From contig CAMEXD010000001.1 in the NCBI GenBank assembly GCA_945947035.1, positions 26,197-90,196 of the forward strand: 64,000 nucleotides of DNA, in the 5' to 3' direction. The notes beneath the pieces were generated by a model. The model had not been told where the DNA came from. It did not search any database and was given only the letters and a program-made list of their open reading frames with translations. Of this stretch, positions 1-10,072 are shown piece by piece; position 1 is the stretch's first letter; the number at the start of each line of letters is the position of its first letter. Made by a program: the position numbers and the translations under genes. The stretch comes from an uncultured Mycoplasma sp. GTDB taxonomy: Bacteria; Bacillota_I; Bacilli_A; RF39; UBA660.

Positions 1-1
1 T

Positions 2-151
2 AATATTAATGATGACTTGTATTTTTATACTAAAGGCGATGCAAATAAAGATGAAGATGATTATTTAATAAAAAAAGAAAATATAATCGGTATAGTAAGA
101 TTTGAAATTCCATACATAGGTTATCCTACTGTTTGGTTTAGTGAAATATAG
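2..151 (+). CDS. sipW: Signal peptidase I, SipW/S26B type (3' end only)
   Basis: Frame 2 reads ...YFYTKGDANKDED...IIGIVRFEIPYIGYPTVWFSEI*; TKGDAN and IPYIG are S26B motifs. Confidence 0.85.
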   Translation, partial: NINDDLYFYTKGDANKDEDDYLIKKENIIGIVRFEIPYIGYPTVWFSEI

Positions 152-160
152 GAGGAGATT

Positions 161-1216
161 ATGAAAAAAAAGAATGAAAGAAAATATTATTTAAAAGCAA
201 TTGTTTTAATTTTATTATTTACTTTATTTATTGGATTGTCATTTTTATGTTTTAAAAAATCAATAATTATTCAAAAAGAGCAAAATGTCTTTTATGAAGA
301 ATCTGGTAGCCCTAATTATAAAATATATTTAAAAGATAACGATTATTATAAACAAAATTATCTTGATAAAGATATGAGCTATATTGCTAATTTAATTGAC
401 TATATTTCGATAGATTATAATTATAAATTTATTTCTGATACAGAACTAAATGGTGAATATTATTATAAAATAGTAGCTGATTTAGAAATAAGAAATCCAA
501 AAAACAATTCACTATTTTACGTAGAAAGATATGATTTATCTGAAGAAAAAAAATTCCCTATAAAAGATGAAAAAGAGTATATAGTTAATGAAATAGTAGA
601 TATTAATTATGGCTATTATAATGCAATTGCAAATAATTTTGAAGCATCATATGGAGTAGATACTGAAAGCAATTTAATAATAAGCCTAGAACTTCATAGA
701 AAAATTGATGGAACGTTAGTTAGTAATTCAGATATTAACAGTGATGAAAAAATTAATTTAATAATTCCATTATCTGAAAAAACTATTAATATAAAAGCAG
801 AATCATTAGAATATAAAAATAAAAATGTCGTAGTATCTTTAAATCATTATAAAATTGATGATATAAGATTTTTAATACTTGCTTTATTATTTTTAGGTCT
901 TGCTTTAATAATATTTATATATATTACAAAAAAAACAATGTCATTAAATTCTAAAATGAATTCTTATGATAAAATGTTAAGAAAAATATTAAGACAATAT
1001 GACAGATTAATAGTAAATGTAAATACAATGCCAAATTTTAAAGAAAGTAACACAATAGAAGTTGATAGTTTCTATGAATTGCTAGATGCTAAGGATAATA
1101 TTCATAATGCAATATTCTACTATGAAGTAATACCTCATCAAAAATGCTATTTTTATATTAATAATGATAATAACTTTATTGTATATACATTAAAAAATAG
1201 TGATTTAAAAAGATAA
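161..1216 (+). CDS. DUF5305-like membrane protein (N- and C-proximal TM helices)
   Basis: GGAGG RBS; two TM segments; C-terminal domain of the type usually found beside sipW. Confidence 0.6.
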   Translation: MKKKNERKYYLKAIVLILLFTLFIGLSFLCFKKSIIIQKEQNVFYEESGSPNYKIYLKDNDYYKQNYLDKDMSYIANLIDYISIDYNYKFISDTELNGEYYYKIVADLEIRNPKNNSLFYVERYDLSEEKKFPIKDEKEYIVNEIVDINYGYYNAIANNFEASYGVDTESNLIISLELHRKIDGTLVSNSDINSDEKINLIIPLSEKTINIKAESLEYKNKNVVVSLNHYKIDDIRFLILALLFLGLALIIFIYITKKTMSLNSKMNSYDKMLRKILRQYDRLIVNVNTMPNFKESNTIEVDSFYELLDAKDNIHNAIFYYEVIPHQKCYFYINNDNNFIVYTLKNSDLKR

Positions 1217-1315
1217 AAAATATTTTCTAAAAATAATTTATATGATATAATCGAGTTATAATAGAAATGGATGATAGAAATATTTTCTATTGCTATTTTA
1301 AGAAAGGAGGAAAAA

Positions 1316-1963
1316 ATGGAAAGAGATCGTAGTGCAAAGATTATTGCAATTGTTGCTTTATGTGTTGCAATTGTTGGTTTATCAATAGGTTTTGCCGCAT
1401 TTTCAAATAACCTAACAATTAAATCTAATGCAACAGTTTCACCAAATCAAAATGATTTTGATGTAAACTTTTCAACTTCAAATACTAGTGAGTTAGATGG
1501 TACTGTAAGTGGAGTTGGAACTAATTCAGCAACAGCTGAAGATGCAACTATTGATAATTCAGATTCTCCTACAATTACTGGCTTAAAAGCAAATTTTACA
1601 GAACCTGGACAAAAAGTAACATATAGTTTTTATGCTCACAATGCTGGTAAATATAAAGCATATTTGAATAATGTTACATATGCTAATGTAAATGGTGAAA
1701 CAGCTACAAAAGTATGTACTGCTGGTGTTGGTACTGATGCTACAATGGTAGATGCTGCTTGTACTGGAATTAGTGTGTCTGTAAAAGTTGGAAATGATAC
1801 ATATACTGGTTCTATGGATAGTATTACAAATCATTTATTAGGACTTGATTCTTATGAAGAAGTTGTAGTAACTATAGAATATAATAATAGTGCATCAAGA
1901 GCCGATGGAGATTTTGAAGTAGCATTTGGAGACATTATATTAACTTATGATTCAGTAGATTAA
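1316..1963 (+). CDS. SipW-cognate signal peptide protein (TasA/camelysin-like)
   Basis: AGGAGG RBS before ATG 1316; hydrophobic leader ending LSIGFAAFS; beta-rich T/N/S/D composition; follows sipW. Confidence 0.7.
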   Translation: MERDRSAKIIAIVALCVAIVGLSIGFAAFSNNLTIKSNATVSPNQNDFDVNFSTSNTSELDGTVSGVGTNSATAEDATIDNSDSPTITGLKANFTEPGQKVTYSFYAHNAGKYKAYLNNVTYANVNGETATKVCTAGVGTDATMVDAACTGISVSVKVGNDTYTGSMDSITNHLLGLDSYEEVVVTIEYNNSASRADGDFEVAFGDIILTYDSVD

Positions 1964-2010
1964 TAATTTAAGTATTTACTAAATATTTGTTTTAGATAAA
2001 TAAACTAATT

Positions 2011-2036
2011 GAAGTGTAGAAATATACTTCTTTTTG
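2011..2036 (+). terminator. Intrinsic terminator
   Basis: GAAGTGTA-gaaa-TATACTTC followed by T-tract. Confidence 0.6.
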
Positions 2037-2184
2037 TTTTTGTTTAAATATTATATATTCTTTTTTTAAATTTTAGAATCTATGCATCTATTGTTGTGCT
2101 TGATATGTAATATTCTTTAACCAAAGAAAGAATTATAATCATCAAAATATTTTTTAATAATTAAATTTTTGTCCTTTTTTACTA

Positions 2185-2218
2185 TAAAATAGCACCTCAT
2201 TTTTGAGATGCTATTTTA
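2185..2218. terminator. Hairpin terminator for the U32 gene
   Basis: TAAAATAGCA...TGCTATTTTA inverted repeat. Confidence 0.6.
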
Positions 2219-2273
2219 GTTTAAAAACATTTTTTATTAAATTGTCCAAAGTGGATTTACTTCAATTATTAAG

Positions 2274-4439
2274 TCATTTTTCTATGTTTTCATCTAAATA
2301 ATTATATCTAACATTATTTATACCAATTTTAAAATAATCGTCTTTTTCTAAATTCCTTGGTTTATAATTGTATATTTTCATAAGATCATTAGTTTCTTCT
2401 ATTTTAAATTTATTGTTAAATCTGTCAACTAAATAACAATTATTTGTATTGTACAATTTATTAAGATTAAATTTACATATCATTGCTTCTTCATATCCGT
2501 AAACAATAACTTCCAAATTAGGATGTTTTTTATATCTTTTATGATAAGAATCAATTATCATACTAATCTGTGTCTTTGTTAGTTCATATGATAAAGTTAT
2601 TTTTTTTACACCCATACTATGTAAAAAAGCAACACTATAAGAATTTACAACATTAAATGAAAAGTCTGTATCGATATCTTTATATCTTAAACTGCCCATT
2701 TCTCCTACTAATAAATGATTATTGTATTCTTCATAATTGTTAATAACTCGTTCTAATTTTAATACTTTTCTGTCATCATCAATTTCTTTATACAATGTTT
2801 TATCCATATAAATATATTTTATATCTCTATTTTTAATTTTTTCATATTGTTCTTTAGTTTTTATGTAATAATTAACATTTTGTTCTTTCTTAAAATCAGG
2901 TAAAGAAATATCATAATTTTTTTTGACATAATCATATTTATATAATCTTTTTTCATTAAGAATATCTATAGCTTTATTTTTAATATCGTTAAGTTCTTTT
3001 ACTTGGATAAAAATATTATCATCACTTATACATTCAAGATTTTTAAATTCATAAATAGTATTACCAAGCCTTGATATTTGCTTTTTTATTCTTTCATTAC
3101 TGGTAGGACTATTTATAGCTTTACAAACTACATTACCAACAACTTTAACCTTATTTTTACCATCATCTATTTCTAAAACTAAAGCTTCATTAAGTTTTGC
3201 TGTTAGTTTTCCCGTTATAAAAACTTTTCTTTCACTTTTGTTAATAATACTATCTATTTCTTTATTTAAATTATAATCTGTTGTTTTAACAACTTTAGAA
3301 TTAATTGATATTTTCTTATTGCAAGGAATAGAAACTATATCATTAATATTAGCTTTTTCTATTCTTTTTTTATTTTTAAACATACTAGTTACAATAAAAC
3401 CATAGTCATTTAAAACAAATCTTATTCCATCATTAATACTTAAATTATCAGAAAGCTTTACTTCAACAAAATTATTTTTATAATTAATAACAGTTCCTAT
3501 TTCTATACCTAAATGATTTGGTCTAAATGAATTAGTAATATTGTTATTTTCTTCATTAAATAAAAATCCTTTAGTATAACAACGATTAAAAATTGTTTTT
3601 AACTTTTTAAGTTTATCATGATCTATCATAACTTTTTTATCTTTTAAATAAGAATCAACAGCTTCACGATATAATTTTGTTACCATATAAACATATTCTT
3701 TTGATTTCATTCTACCTTCTATTTTAAAACTATCAATTCCAACATCAATTAATTTATCGATGTTTTCTAAACTATTTAAATCTTTCATACTTAAAAGATA
3801 ATTATCAGTATTTAATTTTTTATTATCTTTAATTAAATCATATTTAAGCCTACATGAGCCCACACAACTGCCTCTGTTGCCGCTTCTATTTCCAATTAAA
3901 CTAGAAAGCAAACATTGACCAGAGTAACTTACACATAAAGCACCATGAACAAATACTTCTATTTCAATTTCTGTATTATCTTTAATCTTTTTAATAGTAT
4001 CAATATCTGTTTCTCTTGCTAATACAATTCTTTTTAATCCTAAACTTTCAATAAGTTTTACACCCTCTAAATTATGAATATGCATTTGAGTTGAAGCATG
4101 TAGTTCTAATTTTGGATATGTTTTTCTTATTAGATCCATCATACCGATATCTTGAATAATTAAAGCATCAACATTATTTTTATATAAAAAATCAACATAT
4201 TCTAAAAATGCATCAACTTCACGTTCATAAATTATAGTATTAACTGTAACATATACTTTAACTCCATAAAGATGAGCATATTTTATTGCCAAAACTATTT
4301 CATCATTACTAAAATTATCAGAAAAAGCTCGTGCTCCAAATAATTTACCACCAATATATACAGCATCACATCCTGCTTCAATTGCAGCTTTTAAACATTC
4401 CATATTTCCTGCAGGAGATAAGATTTCAACTTTTTTCAT
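2274..4439 (-). CDS. U32 peptidase family protein (long form; RlhA/TrhP-like RNA hydroxylation family)
   Basis: EILSPAG, GCDAVY, HASTQ, LARE, HGALCVSYSGQC, NRGSCVGSCR, KIEGRMK motifs. Confidence 0.9.
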   Translation of the reverse strand: MKKVEILSPAGNMECLKAAIEAGCDAVYIGGKLFGARAFSDNFSNDEIVLAIKYAHLYGVKVYVTVNTIIYEREVDAFLEYVDFLYKNNVDALIIQDIGMMDLIRKTYPKLELHASTQMHIHNLEGVKLIESLGLKRIVLARETDIDTIKKIKDNTEIEIEVFVHGALCVSYSGQCLLSSLIGNRSGNRGSCVGSCRLKYDLIKDNKKLNTDNYLLSMKDLNSLENIDKLIDVGIDSFKIEGRMKSKEYVYMVTKLYREAVDSYLKDKKVMIDHDKLKKLKTIFNRCYTKGFLFNEENNNITNSFRPNHLGIEIGTVINYKNNFVEVKLSDNLSINDGIRFVLNDYGFIVTSMFKNKKRIEKANINDIVSIPCNKKISINSKVVKTTDYNLNKEIDSIINKSERKVFITGKLTAKLNEALVLEIDDGKNKVKVVGNVVCKAINSPTSNERIKKQISRLGNTIYEFKNLECISDDNIFIQVKELNDIKNKAIDILNEKRLYKYDYVKKNYDISLPDFKKEQNVNYYIKTKEQYEKIKNRDIKYIYMDKTLYKEIDDDRKVLKLERVINNYEEYNNHLLVGEMGSLRYKDIDTDFSFNVVNSYSVAFLHSMGVKKITLSYELTKTQISMIIDSYHKRYKKHPNLEVIVYGYEEAMICKFNLNKLYNTNNCYLVDRFNNKFKIEETNDLMKIYNYKPRNLEKDDYFKIGINNVRYNYLDENIEK

Positions 4440-4621
4440 AAACAATCAACTCTTTTTCATATTATAAACTATTATTTAAATTTTTTTCTAGTTATATTTA
4501 AAAACATAAAAATATGTCAAAACATATGCATCTTATAACAATATATTTACTTAAATTTTATTTCATTGTATGCCAATTGTAATAAATAGATAAAAGCTAT
4601 TTATTAAGGACGATATAAAAT

Positions 4622-4879
4622 ATGATGGATGCCTATTATTAAGATGAAAAACTAAGTTTTGTTGCAGCAACTGTATTTGATGATGAACATTTTGATAAAG
4701 CACTTACAGAATAAGAATTTGATTCAAGAATGGATTTACTTGATGACTATAAAGATGAAATAGAACTAGCAAAATTAATGGTTGTTAACAATCCAGAATT
4801 TCAAAAATTATCTTATGAAGATAAAATCAATTATACAGCTAATTTACTTTTAAAATTAAGAGAAAAAAACAAAAAATAA
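4622..4879 (+). pseudogene. Decayed 85-codon ORF with two in-frame TAA stops
   Basis: MMDAYY*DEKLSFVAATVFDDEHFDKALTE*EFDSRMDLLDDYKDEIELAKLMVVNNPEFQKLSYEDKINYTANLLLKLREKNKK*; AAGGA upstream; coding-like codon usage. Confidence 0.6.
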
Positions 4880-4930
4880 AAATTATGCTAAATAAATTAT
4901 TACTATTAAAAAGCAAAGTAAAAAACATAC

Positions 4931-4968
4931 AAAAAACAATTGTAAATCTTTATGACAATTGTTTTTTT
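4931..4968. terminator. Bidirectional terminator-like hairpin
   Basis: AAAAAACAATTGT...ACAATTGTTTTTT. Confidence 0.55.
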
Positions 4969-5162
4969 ATGTCCTGTAAAGCGAACAAATTCCAATTGAT
5001 TAACAAAAAACATTGACAGATAACAATAAAATGTTTTTTTTATAAAAAAATAAAAAAATTGAGTTTACAACAAAATTGAAAAATAAAAAAATAAACAAAA
5101 AAAACATTGCTTTTATAAAACTTATTTGCTATGATTTATTCATATGATAAAAGGAGGTGCAT

Positions 5163-7052
5163 ATGAATAATAATTTATTTAATGACCTTGTTGTAGTTAA
5201 AAGAAGTGGACAAAGAGTTGGTTTTAATGAAGCTAAAATAGGACTTGCAATAAAATATGCATTTAATGATGTTGGGAATAAATACAACGAAAAAGAAATA
5301 AATAAAGTATATCAAGAAGTATTACAATATATTAAAGATAACTATAGAGATAGAAAAACAATTAATATTGAAGATATTCAAGATATCATTGAACTTATTT
5401 TAAAAGAAAAAAAATATTTAGATGTTTATGAATCATTTTATAACTATAGAACAAAACGAAGTGAATCAAGAAAAGCTTTTTCTTTAAAGAAAGAACATAA
5501 ATTTGTTAAAGTAATTGAAAAAATAAATTCATCAACAGATTTTTCTAAAATTAATCCTGAAGAAGCATTATTAGATTTTGGTAAAATAATATCTGAAGAA
5601 TACACAAAATCATTTATTATTGATAATAAATATTTAAAAGCTTTTGAAGAAGGAAAAATATATATTCATGATTTATCATACTTTAATTTAGGATATATTT
5701 CTAATGCTCATTTAATTCTTGATAAAGATAAAGAATTGAGTTTAAAAAGCATAACAAGTGAATTGTTAAATGCTAAAAAAGAAATAAATGGTGAAATAAA
5801 TCTTGGAGATATTGATATTATCTTAAATAAATATCTAATAAATATATATAAACAAAAATTTGTTAATAACTTGGAAAAATATTTGAATTTGTATGGTTTT
5901 AATGATTTTATAAATATAAAGAAAATAAATGATATAATTTTAAAACAAAATGAAATTCCAAATGAATTATCAATATTAAGTGATTATTTTATAAATGATC
6001 AAGTAAAAAGAATTATAACTCTTGCTCACTCTGATAGTAAAAAAGAAGCAGAAACAGAATTAGAAAAAGAAACTTTTGAATTCCTAAATACCTTAAATGA
6101 AAATTATTTATCTAATAATAGTAAATATTCTATGTCTTTAGGACATGAAAAATCAGATTCTGGTATTTATATAATAAACATGGTATTTAATATTTTAGAA
6201 AATATGGACTATTTAAAAAATGTAACAGTTATTTATAAAGCAAATAAAGAAATACCATCAAAGGTTTTAGAATTAATAGAAAAATGTAAAAATATAAAAA
6301 TATCTAATAATAATTTTTCTTTAAATAATAATGGCAATATTTCATATTTTTCAGAAGGAGAAAGAGTATTTAGTTATGATGATAATACATCTTTAGGTAA
6401 AATGATTATTAGTAAAACATCAATTAATATGGCAAGACTTGGACTTAAATACAAAAGTCTAAATGATGATTTTTTTAAAGAACTTGACGAGATTACAGAA
6501 CTTGTTAAAAATGAATTATTATTTGTTTTTGAAGAAATAGGTGATAAAAAAACTGACAATTATAAAGTATTGTTTAAAAGAAATATTTTAGATGATGAAA
6601 AACTAGAAGAAGGTCAAAAAATTAGAAAAGTAATAAAAAATAGTACTTTAAATATTAATTTAATTGGTTTAATTGAATGTGCTTTAGTAATTGATAAAGA
6701 AAATATAAATGAAGTGATAGAAAAGATTCTTAAACATTTAAACAATAAAATCTATGATTTTTATCAAGAAACTAAACTTAATTTTTCACTTAGTGCCATA
6801 AATTATGAAGAAGCTTCAAAAAACTTTATAGAAATTGATAAAGCACTTTATGGGGTTATAAATAAAATTACAAATAAAAATACTTATGAAGAATTATCAG
6901 TTGCGAAAAACATAAAAGACTTAGAAAATATAAGTAAATATCAAAAATATTTAAATGGTGGCAATAGTTGTGTTATAAATAATAAAAAATTATTAAAAGA
7001 TGTTTTAAATTATGATATTTCTTTTATAAGTTTTGATGAGGATAGCTTATGA
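5163..7052 (+). CDS. ATP-cone plus catalytically degenerate class III RNR (NrdD-like) protein
   Basis: VVKRSG ATP-cone, IYIHDL, TSINMARLG; catalytic Cys, Zn-finger and RxxGY glycyl-radical loop absent. Confidence 0.8.
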   Translation: MNNNLFNDLVVVKRSGQRVGFNEAKIGLAIKYAFNDVGNKYNEKEINKVYQEVLQYIKDNYRDRKTINIEDIQDIIELILKEKKYLDVYESFYNYRTKRSESRKAFSLKKEHKFVKVIEKINSSTDFSKINPEEALLDFGKIISEEYTKSFIIDNKYLKAFEEGKIYIHDLSYFNLGYISNAHLILDKDKELSLKSITSELLNAKKEINGEINLGDIDIILNKYLINIYKQKFVNNLEKYLNLYGFNDFINIKKINDIILKQNEIPNELSILSDYFINDQVKRIITLAHSDSKKEAETELEKETFEFLNTLNENYLSNNSKYSMSLGHEKSDSGIYIINMVFNILENMDYLKNVTVIYKANKEIPSKVLELIEKCKNIKISNNNFSLNNNGNISYFSEGERVFSYDDNTSLGKMIISKTSINMARLGLKYKSLNDDFFKELDEITELVKNELLFVFEEIGDKKTDNYKVLFKRNILDDEKLEEGQKIRKVIKNSTLNINLIGLIECALVIDKENINEVIEKILKHLNNKIYDFYQETKLNFSLSAINYEEASKNFIEIDKALYGVINKITNKNTYEELSVAKNIKDLENISKYQKYLNGGNSCVINNKKLLKDVLNYDISFISFDEDSL

Positions 7053-7729
7053 AAATTGCAGGTTTTCAAAAATTATCATTATTAGATTATCCAAATCATA
7101 TTTCATGTATTATTTTTACTAAAGGTTGTAATTTTAAATGTCCATTTTGTCAAAATTCAAATCTTATAGGTATAGATAGCGATGATTTGATAAGTGAAGA
7201 AGAAATATTTTGCTATTTAAATAAAAGAAAAAACATTTTAGATGGTGTTGTTATAACTGGAGGAGAACCAACAGTTCAAAAGGATTTAAAAGAATTTATT
7301 AAAAAAATAAAAAGTTTAGGGTTAAAGGTTAAACTTGATACCAATGGTTATAATCCTTATATTTTAAAGGAATTAATAGATGATAGTTTAGTTGATTATG
7401 TTGCAATGGATATAAAACATAGTATAGAAAATTATCATTTAATTGTTGGTAAAAACATAAATACAGATTACATTTTAGAAAGTATAAAAATACTTGAAGA
7501 AAGTAATATTGATCATGAATTTAGAACTACTATTATAAAAGAATATCACGATATAGATGACATTATAAATATAACTAAATTAATAAGTTTAGATACTAAA
7601 TATTATCTACAAAATTTTAGAAATAGTAGTAATGTTTTGGATAAAAGGTTACATGGATTTACAAGTGAAGAATTAGATTATATAAATTTATGTATTAAAG
7701 ATGTTAGAAATAAAATAAAAATACGTTAA
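7049..7729 (+). CDS. nrdG: Anaerobic RNR activase (radical SAM)
   Basis: GCNFKCPFCQN, ITGGEPT, KLDTNG, EFRTT. Confidence 0.93.
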   Translation: MKIAGFQKLSLLDYPNHISCIIFTKGCNFKCPFCQNSNLIGIDSDDLISEEEIFCYLNKRKNILDGVVITGGEPTVQKDLKEFIKKIKSLGLKVKLDTNGYNPYILKELIDDSLVDYVAMDIKHSIENYHLIVGKNINTDYILESIKILEESNIDHEFRTTIIKEYHDIDDIINITKLISLDTKYYLQNFRNSSNVLDKRLHGFTSEELDYINLCIKDVRNKIKIR

Positions 7730-7747
7730 GATAAAGGAGTAAAAAAT

Positions 7748-10069
7748 ATGTATAAGGTAAGAAAAAGAAATGGAAAAATTGTTCAATTTGATATTGAAAA
7801 AATAAGTAACGCAATTAAAAAAGCATTTGAGGCAGAAAGTGTTAATTATGATGATAACATAATTGATTTTCTAGCTTTAAAGGTAACTGCAGAATTCTCT
7901 TCTAAGGTGGAAGATAACATTATTAATGTTGAAGACATTCAAGATGCAGTAGAAAAAACGCTAATAAAAGCAGGTTATGATAAAGTTGCTAAAGCTTATA
8001 TTTTATATCGTAAGTTACACGATAAAATGCGTAATATGAAATCAACTATGTTAGATTATAAAGAAGTTGTTAATAGTTATGTTAATGTAACAGATTGGAG
8101 AGTTAAGGAAAATTCAACTGTAACTTATTCAATTGGTGGACTTATTTTAAGTAATAGTGGTGCTATAACTGCTAATTACTGGTTAAGTGAAATATATGAT
8201 GAAGAAATAGCTAATGCTCATCGTGACTGTAGTATGCATATTCATGATTTATCAATGCTTTCAGGATATTGTGCTGGATGGAGCCTTAAACAACTTATAA
8301 AAGAAGGACTTGGAGGAGTTCCAGGAAAAATTACAAGTGCTCCTGCGAAACATTTATCAACTTTATGTAATCAAATGGTAAATTTCTTAGGAATTATGCA
8401 AAACGAATGGGCTGGAGCTCAAGCTTTCTCATCATTTGATACTTATCTTGCACCATTTGTAAAAATTGATAATTTAACTTATGAACAAGTAAAACAATCA
8501 ATTCAATCATTTGTTTATGGAGTTAATACTCCAAGTAGATGGGGAACTCAAGCACCATTTACCAATATAACTCTTGATTGGGTTGTTCCAAATGATTTAA
8601 GCGAATTAAATTGTATCATCGGTGGAAAAGAAGTGGATTTTAAATACAAAGATTGTCAAAAAGAAATGGATATGGTAAACAAAGCATTTATTGAAATAAT
8701 GATCGAAGGAGATGCTAATGGTAGAGGTTTCCAATATCCAATTCCTACTTATTCTATAACAAAAGATTTTGACTGGGGTGAAACAGAAAATAACAAATTA
8801 TTATTTGAAATGACTGCCAAATATGGTACACCATACTTTTCAAATTATATCAATTCTGATATGGAACCAAGTGATGTTAGAAGTATGTGTTGTAGATTAA
8901 GACTTGACTTAAGAGAATTAAGAAAAAAATCAGGTGGATACTTTGGAAGTGGAGAAAGCACAGGATCAGTTGGTGTTGTTACAATTAATATTCCGAGAAT
9001 AGCATATCTTGCCAAAGATGAAAAAGATTTCTATGAAAGACTAGAAAAAATTATGAACATTGCTGCTCGTAGTTTAAAAATAAAAAGAAATGTTATTTCA
9101 AAACTTTTAGATGAAGGTTTATATCCATATACTAAAAGATATCTTGGAACATTTAACAATCACTTTTCAACAATTGGTCTTGTTGGTATGAATGAAGCAT
9201 GTTTAAATGCTAAATGGATTAAAGAAGATTTAACAAAAGAAAAAGCTCAAAAGTTTACTAAAGAAGTTTTAAATTATATGAGAGAAAAATTATCTGATTA
9301 TCAGGAAGAATATGGAGACCTTTACAATCTTGAAGCAACTCCTGCTGAATCAACTTCATATCGTTTGGCTAAAAAAGATAAAGAAAAATATCCAGATATT
9401 ATAACAGCATCAGATGATGAAACACCATATTATACTAACAGTTCACATTTACCTGTTGGATATACTGATGATATTTTTGAAGCTTTAGATATTGAAGATG
9501 AATTACAAACTCTTTATACATCAGGTACAGTATTCCATGCTTTTTTAGGAGAAAGACTAGATGATTGGCAAAGCGCTGCATCATTAGTTAGAAAAATAGC
9601 AGAAAATTATAAACTTCCATATTATACATTATCTCCAACTTATTCTGTATGTAAAAATCATGGCTATATAACTGGTGAAGTTTACAAATGCCCAAAATGT
9701 GGTGCAGAAACAGAAGTTTACAGTAGAATAACTGGTTATTATCGTCCAATTAAAAACTGGAATGCTGGTAAAACAAAAGAATTTGAAATGAGAAAAGAAT
9801 ATGATTTAAATTGTCATCATGAAAAAAAATGTAAAGATGCAGTTATGTTATTTGGTACAAAAACTTGTCCAAATTGTAAAGTGGCTAAAAGCTTGCTAGA
9901 TAAAGCAAATGTAAAATATACATTTATTGACGCTGAAGAAAATATTGATTTGACAAAAGAATGTGAAGTAAAAGAAGCTCCAACATTAGTTGTTATAAAA
10001 AATGGTGAGAGATGTAATATCAAAAATTTGTCAAACATCAAAAAATATATTGAGGATTTAAAAAAGTAG
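7748..10069 (+). CDS. nrdD: Class III ribonucleoside-triphosphate reductase with N-terminal ATP-cone and C-terminal glutaredoxin-like domain
   Basis: HIHDL..YCAG, SMCCRL, EATPAE, CKNH/CPKC Zn site, YSRITGYYRP glycyl loop, then TKTCPNC...APTL redoxin fold. Confidence 0.95.
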   Translation: MYKVRKRNGKIVQFDIEKISNAIKKAFEAESVNYDDNIIDFLALKVTAEFSSKVEDNIINVEDIQDAVEKTLIKAGYDKVAKAYILYRKLHDKMRNMKSTMLDYKEVVNSYVNVTDWRVKENSTVTYSIGGLILSNSGAITANYWLSEIYDEEIANAHRDCSMHIHDLSMLSGYCAGWSLKQLIKEGLGGVPGKITSAPAKHLSTLCNQMVNFLGIMQNEWAGAQAFSSFDTYLAPFVKIDNLTYEQVKQSIQSFVYGVNTPSRWGTQAPFTNITLDWVVPNDLSELNCIIGGKEVDFKYKDCQKEMDMVNKAFIEIMIEGDANGRGFQYPIPTYSITKDFDWGETENNKLLFEMTAKYGTPYFSNYINSDMEPSDVRSMCCRLRLDLRELRKKSGGYFGSGESTGSVGVVTINIPRIAYLAKDEKDFYERLEKIMNIAARSLKIKRNVISKLLDEGLYPYTKRYLGTFNNHFSTIGLVGMNEACLNAKWIKEDLTKEKAQKFTKEVLNYMREKLSDYQEEYGDLYNLEATPAESTSYRLAKKDKEKYPDIITASDDETPYYTNSSHLPVGYTDDIFEALDIEDELQTLYTSGTVFHAFLGERLDDWQSAASLVRKIAENYKLPYYTLSPTYSVCKNHGYITGEVYKCPKCGAETEVYSRITGYYRPIKNWNAGKTKEFEMRKEYDLNCHHEKKCKDAVMLFGTKTCPNCKVAKSLLDKANVKYTFIDAEENIDLTKECEVKEAPTLVVIKNGERCNIKNLSNIKKYIEDLKK

Positions 10070-10072
10070 TTT

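Noticed and set aside
4622-4879. Stop-codon reassignment suggested by in-frame TAA codons
   Set aside because: Most genes in the window end in TAA and several in TGA; Trp is TGG; standard code fits
4980-5160. NrdR boxes upstream of the nrd operon
   Set aside because: No convincing tandem ACAC-like NrdR palindromes; A-tract-rich sequence gives only chance matches
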